64,000 nt of DNA. Source: Octopus bimaculoides (lineage: Eukaryota). Shown one piece after another: positions 25,889 through 39,608 of this stretch. How positions within the stretch are numbered: position 1 is the first letter of the stretch; each line of letters opens with the position of its first letter. Below the pieces are notes generated by a model. That model saw only the letters and a program-made list of their open reading frames with translations. It had not been told where the DNA came from and made no database searches. Location of the stretch: NCBI RefSeq assembly GCF_001194135.2, contig NC_068989.1:65802923-65866922 (forward strand), given 5' to 3'. Made by a program: the position numbers and the translations under genes.

Positions 25889-26295
25889 NNNNNNNNNNNN
25901 NNNNNNNNNNNNNNNNNNNNNNNNNNNNNNNNNNNNNNNNNNNNNNNNNNNNNNNNNNNNNNNNNNNNNNNNNNNNNNNNNNNNNNNNNNNNNNNNNNNN
26001 NNNNNNNNNNNNNNNNNNNNNNNNNNNNNNNNNNNNNNNNNNNNNNNNNNNNNNNNNNNNNNNNNNNNNNNNNNNNNNNNNNNNNNNNNNNNNNNNNNNN
26101 NNNNNNNNNNNNNNNNNNNNNNNNNNNNNNNNNNNNNNNNNNNNNNNNNNNNNNNNNNNNNNNNNNNNNNNNNNNNNNNNNNNNNNNNNNNNNNNNNNNN
26201 NNNNNNNNNNNNNNNNNNNNNNNNNNNNNNNNNNNNNNNNNNNNNNNNNNNNNNNNNNNNNNNNNNNNNNNNNNNNNNNNNNNNNNNNNNNNNNN

Positions 26296-26331
<36 letters not shown>

Positions 26332-27959
26332 GCATTCATACACATACGTTGGCATTCTGATTATACGATGCGATGATTTTCCATACATAAAACTAGCAAC
26401 ATTACAGGTTTCTTTAAGTGTATTTATTTTATACTCCGTCTCGGTCTCCTATCGAGTTATCACCTAGGAATAAACCTTACGTTTTTTAGTTACAGTTGCG
26501 TTAGTGAAATCAATGTATATCGGTGATACAGGAGAAGAAAATGTAACAATGATACAAATAATATGGTTTCAAATACAACTGACGGTGCTTTTTATAATCA
26601 CGAACATCATTATGAATCTTTTATGATTATCAGAATACCATCACAAATCTGTTTACTAAAATCAAAGGATGACTATTAATCTTTTACCAGGTATCGCTAC
26701 GGAAATTAAACCAAAAGCGTCCTAGCTATGGACGCAGGGTAGATATATGTTGATGGTCATGAAGTTAGTTATGGTTATAGAGATGGTGATGGAATCCTAT
26801 ATTGTTCTGTGAGTGGAGATGTTTTCATTGTATGCTAAAACGCTGTATTTTATGTTTTCAAACGGTTATTGTCATCAAAATTACTGTCCGAAACATCTTT
26901 TAGATGTTAAAAATTTCTGCGCTTATTGAAATCTAAATCCATAACATCGCGCCAAACACATGTAGGATAATGAGTTTCACAAGAGATTGAACTTAATGAA
27001 AAAAGTTGAAATGTTTTATTCAAATATTTAAAAAACTGTTATTAATTTACAAAATTTTGATGTCTAGACGGGAACGTTATAGTGTACGATATTCTATTGG
27101 AGACCTCACAATACTCAATTATGTTTCTTTTTAATATCTTTTTATATTTTGTCATAATAGTGTTCCAGGGTGGCATTATTTTCTCTCCTTTCTCAGCCTT
27201 TCTTCCTCTGTCACTAACAACTGTTAATTCTCCTTCTCGCTGTCTATAGACTTGCCTATAGTAGATAAGAACGGCAAACTTGGTTAGGCCGTAATATTAG
27301 AACACACATTATCCGAGCATAACAATCCTCTCTACTGTAGGCACGAGGCCCGAAATTTTGGGGGAGGGGCTCGAGACCTGTGAAAAGGTTATGGCAAATG
27401 TTTGCAAGTTGACATTTACAGGACTATGTAAAGTGGTAAGTGGAGGGGGTAAAGATGGGCATAATAGGTGTGACAAGTGGGAAGAGAGGAGAGAGAGAAA
27501 GCGAAAGAGAAACCGATGACAGGGAAGGAAGAGGAGAAGAGAAATTTAGAGATTCTAAACCAGTTTTCATTCCTGAGCATAAATCTTCATTATAAAATTC
27601 TGTTGCATCTCTTTGTTTCTGCTGATAATTTTACGATATCTGTCATTTCCAAAGTACATGTCAATATAAGTGATGCGTATTTCCAGATTTCATTTGTTTA
27701 TTTACTTATTCGTTTACTTTTTATTTTTTCATTTATATTTTGTATTTATTACTGACAATTTTACGAGGAGGACAAATATTTACACTATGCTACTAAATTG
27801 AATTTCTATTTCTAAAAACAAGTAAATCTTTCAAACTCGTCCAGTTTCCCTCTTATTCCTGTGCTTTATACGTCTTTTTCTTTTCTGTACCTTCTGTTAA
27901 CTTAATTCCAAGATTTAATTTATTCCGTTTATTATTTTTCTAAGTTCCAAGCTATCTGC

Positions 27960-28540
27960 CTTAAGCTGCTGCCTCAAAGATTGTTCGAGAAATAGTTTCC
28001 TTTCAAGACTCCAATGCTTGAAGTAATATTTCGTCGGAGATTGTCATACTAGGTTTTATTTTCGGTTTCTCTTGAATTTTACAAGTATTTCTTCCCATAA
28101 AGGTTAGAGATGAGAAATTGAGAAAATTGTGAGCTTGTGAAAAACTCATTTAGCCCTCCTACAACATTCTTAGTTCAATATTGCTAGGATCCACTTTGCC
28201 TTTGATAACTTCACGATCAATAAAAACAAGTCCTATAAATATATTGGAATCGATAAGCTTAACTTTTGGCCTTCTCACAAGATTTAGATTGTGCCCTTCG
28301 AAACAAAATCAATACTTCTATCTAGAAACTCATTGATCTGGCTAAAATGTTGGTGTATAGGATTAAAAACACTACAGAATTTGTCTCGCCCACATTTTGT
28401 GTTCAAATCCTCTCGTAGCTAACTTTTCCTTGCCCGGTTGCTTAAATGCCACTAATGCACTGAGGGTGATCCAATCGTTTATATTTTCTTTTGTCTCTCG
28501 TCAAACACCTGGGTTCAAATCGAACCAGAACCCACACTGC
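27960..28540 (+). mobile_element. Highly decayed LINE RT fragment, probably Jockey group (CR1/L2/I-like)
   Basis: Motifs appear at RT-like spacing across frames: LPQ (~27970), FVGD (~28030), KTH (28141), SYKYIGIDKLNF (~28230-28266), LSRPHF (~28381-28398), LRVIQ (~28460). Confidence 0.5.
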
Positions 28541-29221
28541 TAGTATATTGCATTTGATTCAATTGATAATTTCGCTTTCATTGAGAAATCAGTTCATGCC
28601 TCGGCCAAATGAAATACATTTATACTTGACGTCATATATTACTATTTTCCAAAATGAAATAGCTCAGGCAGAACAAGCACAATTGGGAATCTACAATTTT
28701 CGTACGATAGCTACAATACTTTGAAAAAATAAAGATATTTTGTGGAAAATACTTTCTGCAGATTTTCTGTGTCTTCAGTTTCATATTAAAATTGAAAAGA
28801 TGAATTCGTGAAATAAATGCCTTCCCTCTGTACTAGAAAACAATGTTATAGTCAAAATATCCCTTTTAAATAAAACTGTAAAATTAACTCTGTTTCGCAT
28901 TTTGCATTCTCTAAACATTTTTATACAATCCCCGATTTAACGTCAGCTTTACAGCAATGTTGCATTACGTTTTATAGATGAAAACGTACGTTTCTGAAAC
29001 ATTTAGTTAGCTATAACTGATAGCTGTATGATATTGAAATACCAATAAATAAATAAATCCCGTAACTTATTTTAATATTAAGCGTTTCAATATTCTTGTC
29101 TTTCGTATCGTTTATGTCTATATGTTTTATATTCCAATGTGTTCATTTATGATTTATAAACTGGAAAAAAGAAACATTCTTTAAAACAGTAGCAACAACT
29201 ACAAATTTAGTTTTATCTATC

Positions 29222-29651
29222 CTGTAGCTGTGTGGTAAGAAGGTTGCTTCCCAACCACGTGGTTCAGGGTTCACTCTCACAGCGTAGCACTTTGGCCAAG
29301 TGTCTTCTACTGCAGCCTCGGGCCGACCAAAGCCTAGTGAGTGGATTTAGTAGACAGAAACTGAAAGAGGCACGTCGTATATATATATATATATATATAC
29401 ATGTGTGTGTGTGTGTGTGTATCTACGTGTGCGTGTCTTGTGTCTGTGTTTGCCCTCCCTCCTGCACGACCACCACGACCTGCTTACGTCTACTTACGTT
29501 CTTGTAACTTAGCGGTTTGGCAAAAGAGACCGATAAGATTAAGTACTAAACTTAAAAAATAAGACCTGGGATCGATTTGTTCCACCAAAACCCATTAAAG
29601 CAGTGCTCCAGCATGGCCGCAGTGAAATGACTAAAACAAGTAAAAGAGTAA
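29222..29651 (+). mobile_element. SINE family B, full-length
   Basis: tagctgtgtggtaagaag..ttggccaagtgtcttctac..(TA)(TG)n..gtgctccagcatggccgcag..aagtaaaagagtaa. Confidence 0.95.
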
Positions 29652-30214
29652 CAGACTAAAAGAATATAGTTCTTGACGTTCTACATATAATCAACAACAA
29701 ATAATTCATCACTGTTGATGTAGATCTATTGAAATCATTGAAGGGTGAACGGGAGTGAAACGTTAGGAATAAGGTCGGTCAGGTAAGTTTGTGCCTTCAT
29801 TTCAGTAACCAGTGAGCTCGGGAGATTTAATCTTGTGCCGCATTAGTATCCAAATGTAATATATAGGGGAACACTCCATATAGGGATAGCACGTTTTTAA
29901 AGACACTCAATTTTATAACGCCTTCAATTATATTTCAAAAAGCCGGTTGCTCACCTGGAAAGCCCTTTTGGCTTGCCGCTTGAAAATCAGTGTCGGAGTG
30001 TGACACAACATGGCAGACCGACCTGATTGATGTAGCAGCTAAATCTCCCCAATTACTCCCTACCCTTTTGAAAATGTATAATATGATTCAAATGCTCAGT
30101 TTCCGATTAGTAGACAAAATCGTTGGTTGTGATCATATATCTGACTTGAAGCTGAACAGCAACAGAAACAACATAAACAATCGGACCTGACCTCTAATCT
30201 GCAGCAAAAGAGAA

Positions 30215-30612
<398 letters not shown>

Positions 30613-30904
30613 GTTTATTATTGTTGAGACTCGTAGACTACAGTGTCTTTGGTGTATCGGATGAAAATACCTTGCAGCATTTGTTGTGGCACTTTATCTT
30701 TTGAGTTCAAATCCCGTCAAAGTCAACTTTGCATTTCATTGCTTTAAGTCGATAAAATAGCGTATTCTATCTAACTAATTCGATATTAAGTTCTTTTGAC
30801 ATTAGATCTCTCAAATCTCCCGACATGTTTCTTTAGTAGAAAGGATCATTATTATTATTGTTCTTATTATTATTATGATTGCTATTCTGGTTACTGCTTT
30901 TGTT

Positions 30905-31090
30905 ATTGCTTGGCCCAAGATCAACCCAGTTCAAGTCAACATATGATCCCTTATCTGTGATTATATCGACCACTCTTCGTCTTCCATGATATCTGAAACT
31001 AATTTGACTAATGCATAATTTTGTTTCTGAGAATATAATATGAAGTTTGAAGGAAATTTGGCTGCTGTTTCTAGAAAACCAAGTGACCGC
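30905..31090 (+). repeat. Dispersed repeat family D
   Basis: Motif gga(g/a)atttggctgct(a/g)tttctag also at about 54010 (+), 30030-30055 (-) and 55635-55660 (-). Confidence 0.45.
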
Positions 31091-32765
31091 ATAGCCTATT
31101 TTTTCATCCGAACACTTTCTTATGCAACAGGCTTGTAAAAAGCCTCCTTCATTGATTGCTACACTACTGAACTCATCCTCTTTTAACATTCAGCAGTATC
31201 ATCATACACCGATTATCGCTGCTGACGTGCAAGTCTTTCATTCGATAATATTATCAAAGTTTTATTTTCTATATCAACGCTATGAATCTTTTTAGAAAGT
31301 CAGTCAAGACAGTCAAATTTAATCGATACTAATAGCTCAACTACATTACTTGAAATTGGTTCAATGTATTAAGAGACCTCCTGTTGATATATTCGTAACA
31401 CTACTTTGTAATATTCCACTACTACGTGCTGCTGTTCTTCTTCAACGAATCAACTTCTCAGTGCTTTAATATTTATCACCCGAAACACGGTATAAATACT
31501 CAATCATTTGCTAATTATAATACATTTCGGGTTTCTTATTAAAAGCATTTGTCTTGGCAAATATCATACATTGTGTTAAAGGCTAAGATGTAATTATGCA
31601 AAATGGCATATCTTTAATGTTGTAATATTTATAGAGAAAGACATGCCAATATATGTATGTGTATATGTATTTCTGTATGTGTTTGTGTGTATACATATAT
31701 ATTTATATATATAAGCTAAGATATCTCGATAAATAAGCGTATAGATATATATAAACTTATATATATATATATATATATATNNNNNNNNNNNNNNNNNNNN
31801 NNNNNNNNNNNNNNNNNNNNNNNNNNNNNNNNNNNNNNNNNNATATATATACATATAATAATATTATTAGGGACAATATATATATATATATATGTATATC
31901 CATTTATCGGTCCATTTGTTTATCCGTTTGTATAACTATCTATCAACCTATCTGTTTCTATTCTGCCTTTTACCCCACCTCTTTATCTTTCTCTTTCGTT
32001 ATATATATATACCTTTATAATTTAAAATGTATCCGTATATATGCATATATGCGTGAATATATATATATATATGTGCAAGTCATTTTAGTGTGCAGATCTT
32101 ATAGCTGCAAGAACGTGTAAGGGAATGAATGTGTGTGTGTGTGTGTGTGTAAGTACATTGAAATATTCACATACATGCAAATATATATGTATACACTTGT
32201 GTGGTTTAGGATTATTAAACAGATTTCGGTACTCTTCCGAATATTACTTCTGCTTTTATAGTTTACGACTGTTAACAGCTAAGATCTTTCTTCCATAATG
32301 AAACACTACCTATCCTTAATCACCAACTTTGAATTCATAACAATAACATTTCTTAATATGATACCGTAGTGATATTATTTAACTAATCTAGTAGACCTTA
32401 TAGTGCAACAGACCTCATAGATGTAAGACTAATTTTGTATTCTATTGCGATGAGTTTTCGGAGAGAGTTACAATGGTGATGGGTGCTTAAAATGGACATC
32501 GTACTTTAGAAATATTTGGCCTGTGTCTCCAACTTAACGTCGTTGAGAGATAATACACTGCAATATTAAATTTTTATTACATTTCTATGATATGACTCTA
32601 TTTTTGCGCTTGGTAGTATTACGTGGTTTCTATAAGACGCTTGGTGGGGAAAGTAACTATTCAGTCAATGAGTTAGCAAGCCATTTTTAACGTCTAAAAG
32701 AAGGAAACGAAACTTCAGCATATGTAGTCGTACATAATCATGAAAGATTGTCATGATCAAAATTC

Positions 32766-32976
32766 TTTTCTACCCTAAGCACAAGGCTTGAAATTTTGGG
32801 GGAGGAGGCCAGACAGTTAGATCGACACCAGTAAGCAACTGGTATTTAATTTATCGACCCCAAAAGGATGAAAGAAAAAGTAGACCTCAGCGGAATTTGA
32901 ACTCAGAACATAAAGACACGAAATACCGCTAAGCATTTTGCCCGGCGTGCTAACGTTTCCGCTAGCACGCTGCCTT
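32766..32976 (-). mobile_element. SINE family A, full-length
   Basis: Reverse complement of the 30401-30612 layout, well preserved. Confidence 0.95.
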
Positions 32977-32979
32977 TTT

Positions 32980-33330
32980 GTCATGATAGTATTGAAATGC
33001 CTTTTGTCATAGATCAGTCCTATAAGGAAACGACATTTCAAACACTACAGTCGCAGATACCCATAAGAGTTCGGGAAAGTCACGGATAGAATGCCTTTGA
33101 TCACAGGTCTGTTTGGTAAGGAAATGAAGTTTTACATAAGAAAATCATAGAAAACCATGCAGAACGTGAAGGTCAAGAATGGAATGCTTTTGATCATAAA
33201 CCTCATCCGTGGGAGTTGATTTGGCGCTTAACAAAAACATGTAAAACTGAACAAGTTGGCCACAGAAGGATTGCTTTTGACCGAAGCTTTGTTCAAAGCT
33301 GACCTGAAACTAAAACAAAACTAGCAGCAA
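32980..33330. repeat. Four degenerate ~90-bp tandem units
   Basis: Recurrent gtca....gaatgc(c/t)tttgatca at about 32980, 33079, 33172 and 33257. Confidence 0.6.
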
Positions 33331-33515
33331 CGTAAACAGCAACACAATATCAACAGCAGGTATAAGAACAGCAAGAGCGTTAGCAAGAGTAATCATTTAT
33401 TGAGCTTTACAGTTGTAAAGTGACATTTTCTTATGATAGGAAAAACGAGAACATAAAATTGCTTTAAAAACTAACAAATGCATTTATCAATAATCAGCTA
33501 TCTCGAACGCTAATG

Positions 33516-33554
<39 letters not shown>

Positions 33555-33574
33555 TTATGTGTATATTTATGTTT

Positions 33575-33610
<36 letters not shown>

Positions 33611-34863
33611 TTTCAAATATAGCCGAATGTAAATTTGTTGTGATTGCATGAGTGATATGCATATGTGTACGAGTGCTTTCATTCACGAACGCATATGAGA
33701 TTGTATATGTGTGTGTGTGTGTGTGTGTGCGTGCGTGTGTGTGTGTGTGTGCGAGCGTGCATTTCTTTTTATGCGGGTGTGCATGTGTGTGCGTGTGTAT
33801 GTGAGTGTGTGTGCGCGCGTGTGTATTATTCCATTTACTTCATTCTCAAGTATCTTCATTCTTTTGCATCCATTTTAAACTTACATCTGTAAGGAAATAT
33901 GCACAGATGTACATAAGTGATTATGGATGCGCGTGAGTGTGCTGCGTAAATGTTTATGATATACATTCAGTGAGATAATTTCAACATGACCTGACTCCAT
34001 GCAAGCATTAAATATACTGGCTGGTATGTATGCGTGCGTGCCTCCACGAATCTATAAATCTATAATCACCAAGTGTGGATGTTTCTAGATTCTCCATGAT
34101 CATAATATATAATTATACTCATTGATAACATTATGCTCTCCCGTGAGAGTAAGAAGAGGTGAAAACGGCACTTGACCTGCACAGTGTAGTAGGCTGAGAT
34201 TTATTCCAGTATGTTTTGATGAAGGATTCTACTCACAAATACGGTTTCCGCTTTGTCATCACAGAACCGAGTAAAGAACACGAATGATAGGCAAAGATAT
34301 TTAAACAAAATGGTTGAGGAGAAATACTTAAGGAGAGCGTACTCTCCTTACAGAATAGAAATAATGGAGGGTCTCGTTATTTGTGATATATTATTTGTCA
34401 TATATATGTAACATTTCAAATATTTGATTTAGAAAGACTATTCTATGAGTGTTTATAATTTAAAAGTAACAGGCATGGAAAATAACTGCAGTAAGATCAG
34501 TTGATTGGATTATTTTGACAACAGAGGTAAATAGACTTGAGAGAAACTACTTTTTAAAAAGATAATTGTTGAAAAGAACAGTGAGGTCTTTTTTGTCATT
34601 AGGCCTGCTCAGTGGAATATAACCTACTCATGCATTCACACATGCATACAAGCATACAGAGACATACACGCACATAGGCATTGACACACACACGCACACA
34701 CAGACAAACATATATGTATCTATGTGTGTGCGTGTGTATGTGTGTGTGTGGGGGTGTTTGTTATTGTGCCAAGTTATGTATAAAAATAATTTTACTTAAA
34801 ACTGAAATATTGCACAATGCATTTTAGTAGAATACATATTTATTCATATTAATTGCTGCATGG

Positions 34864-34962
34864 AAAAGTATTGACAGTGACTTGGAAGTTTCAGCTTGCT
34901 CGCCGTCATAAATCACGTGACAGCCAGCCAGCTCTAAACTTTGAAGTCACTGTTATCTTTTA
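34864..34962. ncRNA. Candidate pri-miRNA-like hairpin (or tiny MITE remnant)
   Basis: gacagtgacttggaagtttcagct pairs with agctctaaactttgaagtcactgtt, with basal extension aaaag/ctttt and apical gtca/tgac. No match to conserved miRNAs I recall. Confidence 0.35.
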
Positions 34963-37942
34963 CTTGATAAAAATCAGTATATATTTATATATATGTATGG
35001 GTATGCATAGGTCTGTGTACACACATGCACACACACATACACACACACACTCATATATATATATACACACACACACACACACTCATATATATATATATAT
35101 ATATATAATTAAGGTGGCTAGACGCAATCTTAATCCAAAAAGGAAATAATTTTTCATCACTAAAAGTGACCACAAGTGCAGTGACCATCGGCACAACCTT
35201 TTTAGCTATATGATGCACGTGTTCTATACCAATGTGTATTGATGTGCATTAAGGGAATTTAGGGAGGAATTTAGTGATGCAATAATAAAATATCAATTAA
35301 ATATCTGAAGGAAGAGCCCAGACATTTTCATGCATAATAAATACTTATCAGGCTGGAGTCTTCTTCAATGAAAATATTCAATGGAATAAATTCAACCAGT
35401 TACAATTAGTAACAAACATTTCCTGTAGGTGTGTTTAAAATCTAAGAACAAAAACGTTTCTAAAAAGTGTTATTGTCTGGATGATGAGCAAATATTAGAA
35501 AACGGGCATTTTAAAATGAGAACTCTATATAGAAACTATAAAGGAAATATATAATCGTATTTTCTTGTAGTAAATTTAATAAATCTTCAAAATTAAATAA
35601 AAATAAAGTGGCTATGCTTTTGTCATAATAACTTTATAAATATGATTAAATATATAATGTCTTTTTGCTTCAACGGCAACCATTTATTTTTGAGAATATA
35701 TTCGACTTGTCTGCTTTAGTTCGTTCTAGACTCTAAAATGAATATTTATTTCTCATCATACCATTTGACATATTAGTTGTTTTTATTTCTTTCGACTAAC
35801 CAACAGACCGTCTTAAATCGCCATTTTCCAAATGCGTATATTGTATATTATTTTGCTTTGGGTGATGTCATTTTTCACAATGTTTTACAAAGATAAGTTA
35901 TTGATTAAAACAGGAAACTTATGCTATGTATTTACTCCAACGAAGATTCTTAATGTTATATTAAATTTCTTTCAAACATATAATAGTTATGTTAAACTAG
36001 CAGTATCCATGGAAATTCCACTGTTATTTTGAAAATCGTAAGATGAATTATAAATTTTCTGATACATTTGATTGTGGAGATGGTGAGTATTTGTAGCATA
36101 TAAATATTACAACTAGAGCCGTTTCAGGTGTACATGTACATTATATATTTCGTATAGTCCGGTATTTAATTTTAAAGCTGTTTCAAGAGTATATATTAAT
36201 TTAATTCTAGAGATATTTCACACGAATCAATGAATATTTTAAGAATGAATACGCCATTAATAAATGTTTTGTATACTGACTTCTATACCAGAATAGCTTG
36301 GTTCAGGAGATTCGAAGTATTTATCGCAAAAGAAATCAAATCAGGTCACACAACGTGTCCGGCGATACACCAGCGTTTTGATGGAAGCCGTGTATTTTTA
36401 GTACACAAGACTCTTCAGCAAATTTTAATTCGACAACAATACTAGAAATAATCTATTTTAAATGTAACAATTGTCCCTGTAGTAGTTGCGACGCTTGGAA
36501 CAGAACATAAACTGATACCTAAAAAGCTGAATGATAAGAAAATGGAGGGGATTAATAGCTGGTATTCATCAACATATAGTGACAGAAAATATCATTTTTA
36601 TAATTACTGATATGACATATTATGTCACATGTGTTTGTATATTGTTATTATTGCCATTTTAGTAAATAAATAAACAAGCAAATTGACACAATATAATGTC
36701 TGCAAGTTGAGGAATATACAGTGACCAGGTAATTAGATTCTAGGATCAAGCATGCATTGGTTGATTATTAGACGAAATGTTTGGCACTAGTACATGGTTA
36801 CAGCAGAAAATTATTTAAATTTTCTATTTCGTTTTATAAATACTTTCTACTTCCATTGTTCAAAGTTTTAAAACTATTGAGGCATATTCGCTGATGTGGT
36901 TGTTGATGTTAAAATAGATGCCATTGTTGCTGGAGAAAGTCTTATCACTTCATTTTGTTTTGTGAGGAGACATAAAGAAAATAATAATTTAAAACAGGAA
37001 ATCTTTTGGGATAAACAAAGTAAAAAGATATTTTACGCTGACAGGTAAAACAAAGAGAGATTTATGGACATTCTGATTTCAACAACATTCTGAGTGATAT
37101 CGACTGTTATTTATTAAACTACTTGCATAGATAACGCTCTCCTCTGAATAGTAACTACACGAGATCTCCCAACATTCAGAATAAATATAAAGAAAGCAAA
37201 CAGTATGACTTCATCAAGATTTCCTGAAAGATAAATGAAGTATCCCTAAAGCAATGAATAAATGCATACTCAACTCATAAGCGGCAATGAATTACTCAGA
37301 AAAGTTCACCAATGAAAACAGAAAACAACAATGACGATATGTAATAATATTCTCAGATTTTCAAATTATATTCTTAGTGAAAATAATATTCGTATAAAAT
37401 AATGATGTTAATTTTTCACCATATTTAATCGTTGCTGTGGTTGCGTTGGTGGAATTATTAGTGGTAGGAGCAGTAGTTTTGTTATCCCCATCGCCGTCCT
37501 CATAATCATCGTTATGAGCATCAGTTCCAAAGATGACGTTGTTTGTACTACCATTAATCATATTTTCCCTAATTAGATAGATATATATATACTTACATGC
37601 ATACATACACACACACATATCTATGTATATATATTTATATACATATATGTATATACATATAATTATATACATATATGTATNNNNNNNNNNNNNNNNNNNN
37701 NNNNNNNNNNNNNNNNNNNNNNNNNNNNNNNNNNNNNNNNNNNNNNNNNNNNNNNNNNNNNNNNNNNNNNNNNNNNNNNNNNNNNNNNNNNNNNNNNNNN
37801 NNNNNNNNNNNNNNNNNNNNNNNNNNNNNNNNNNNNNNNNNNNNNNNNNNNNNNNNNNNNNNNNNNNNNNNNNNNNNNNNNNNNNNNNNNNNNNNNNNNN
37901 NNNNNNNNNNNNNNNNTATATATATATATATATATATATATA

Positions 37943-38475
37943 TGGTGTTTGTCTACTCCTTATGCAGAGTTTGATCACCCCCTGTACCTACACATTAGAA
38001 ACATCATGGCATCTGATGCGGCTTTTTAAACTAGACTATGTTCTGAAAAGACACCCACATAGATTGCACATAAGATTTGGACCGCCGAAAGCTGTAGATA
38101 AGTTCTGATCTTTATGAATCTTAAAATGTCTTTTGAGGCCTCCGTTAGATTTGCAAACCTTCTGCATGACATACATTGCGTTGATATATACATTGCACAG
38201 ACATATAGGCACAATTGTTGGTAGAGTTTCGTTTTCCACAGGTTCACAAATGAAATCTGAGCGCAGCAAAAGAAAGGTATGGTATGCTATAAACTGTGCA
38301 CACAAAAAGGTCATTGTGATTCACCTTCTCGGTCGTAACATTCTTCCTTAAATCTCTTTAGTCTTGCATGCGTTATCCTGGCCTCTTCAAACGCTTTCAT
38401 TCCAATCCACACCTGTTTCTATGTCCCCTGGATCCATTCCAAGTGACTTCATAGTAGTCCTTATGCCCTCCTTAA
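37943..38475 (-). mobile_element. RTE-like LINE C-terminus with two C2H2 zinc-finger remnants and 3' end
   Basis: Minus strand IRTTMKSLGMDPGDIETG..FEEARITHARLKR, QKVCKSNGGLKRHFKIH and CNLCGCLFRT*SSLKSRIRCH; ends at (TA)n. Confidence 0.82.
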
Positions 38476-39556
38476 ACCTTTTTGTATATATGTATTATAT
38501 GTCATATGTATACATGTATTATATATATGTATATACTAACACACAGAGACACGTACATGTATAAATATATGTATACATATATATATATATATATATATAN
38601 NNNNNNNNNNNNNNNNNNNNNNNNNNNNNNNNNNNNNNNNNNNNNNNNNNNNNNNNNNNNNNNNNNNNNNNNNNNNNNNNNNNNNNNNNNNNNNNNNNNN
38701 NNNNNNNNNNNNNNNNNNNNNNNNNNNNNNNNNNNNNNNNNNNNNNNNNNNNNNNNNNNNNNNNNNNNNNNNNNNNNNNNNNNNNNNNNNNNNNNNNNNN
38801 NNNNNNNNNNNNNNNNNNNNNNNNNNNNNNNNNNNNNNNNNNNNNNNNNNNNNNNNNNNNNNNNNNNNNNNNNNNNNNNNNNNNNNNNNNNNNNNNNNNN
38901 NNNNNNNNNNNNNNNNNNNNNNNNNNNNNNNNNNNNNNNNNNNNNNNNNNNNNNNNNNNNNNNNNNNNNNNNNNNNNNNNNNNNNNNNNNNNNNNNNNNN
39001 NNNNNNNNNNNNNNNNNNNNNNNNNNNNNNNNNNNNNNNNNNNNNNNNNNNNNNNNNNNNNNNNNNNNNNNNNNNNNNNNNNNNNNNNNNNNNNNNNNNN
39101 NNNNNNNNNNNNNNNNNNNNNNNNNNNNNNNNNNNNNNNNNNNNNNNNNNNNNNNNNNNNNNNNNNNNNNNNNNNNNNNNNNNNNNNNNNNNNNNNNNNN
39201 NNNNNNNNNNNNNNNNNNNNNNNNNNNNNNNNNNNNNNNNNNNNNNNNNNNNNNNNNNNNNNNNNNNNNNNNNNNNNNNNNNNNNNNNNNNNNNNNNNNN
39301 NNNNNNNNNNNNNNNNNNNNNNNNNNNNNNNNNNNNNNNNNNNNNNNNNNNNNNNNNNNNNNNNNNNNNNNNNNNNNNNNNNNNNNNNNNNNNNNNNNNN
39401 NNNNNNNNNNNNNNNNNNNNNNNNNNNNNNNNNNNNNNNNNNNNNNNNNNNNNNNNNNNNNNNNNNNNNNNNNNNNNNNNNNNNNNNNNNNNNNNNNNNN
39501 NNNNNNNNNNNNNNNNNNNNNNNNNNNNNNNNNNNNNNNNNNNNNNNNNNNNNNNN

Positions 39557-39608
<52 letters not shown>

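Noticed and set aside
29720-29790. Strong donor CAG|GTAAGT near 29783
   Set aside because: All three frames from the nearest plausible acceptor contain stops. It could still be a non-coding exon but is unsupported.
36781-36802. tttggcactagtacat resembles the miR-96 5' end
   Set aside because: The 3' half diverges, and the only partial complement (about 36721) is weak and too far away.
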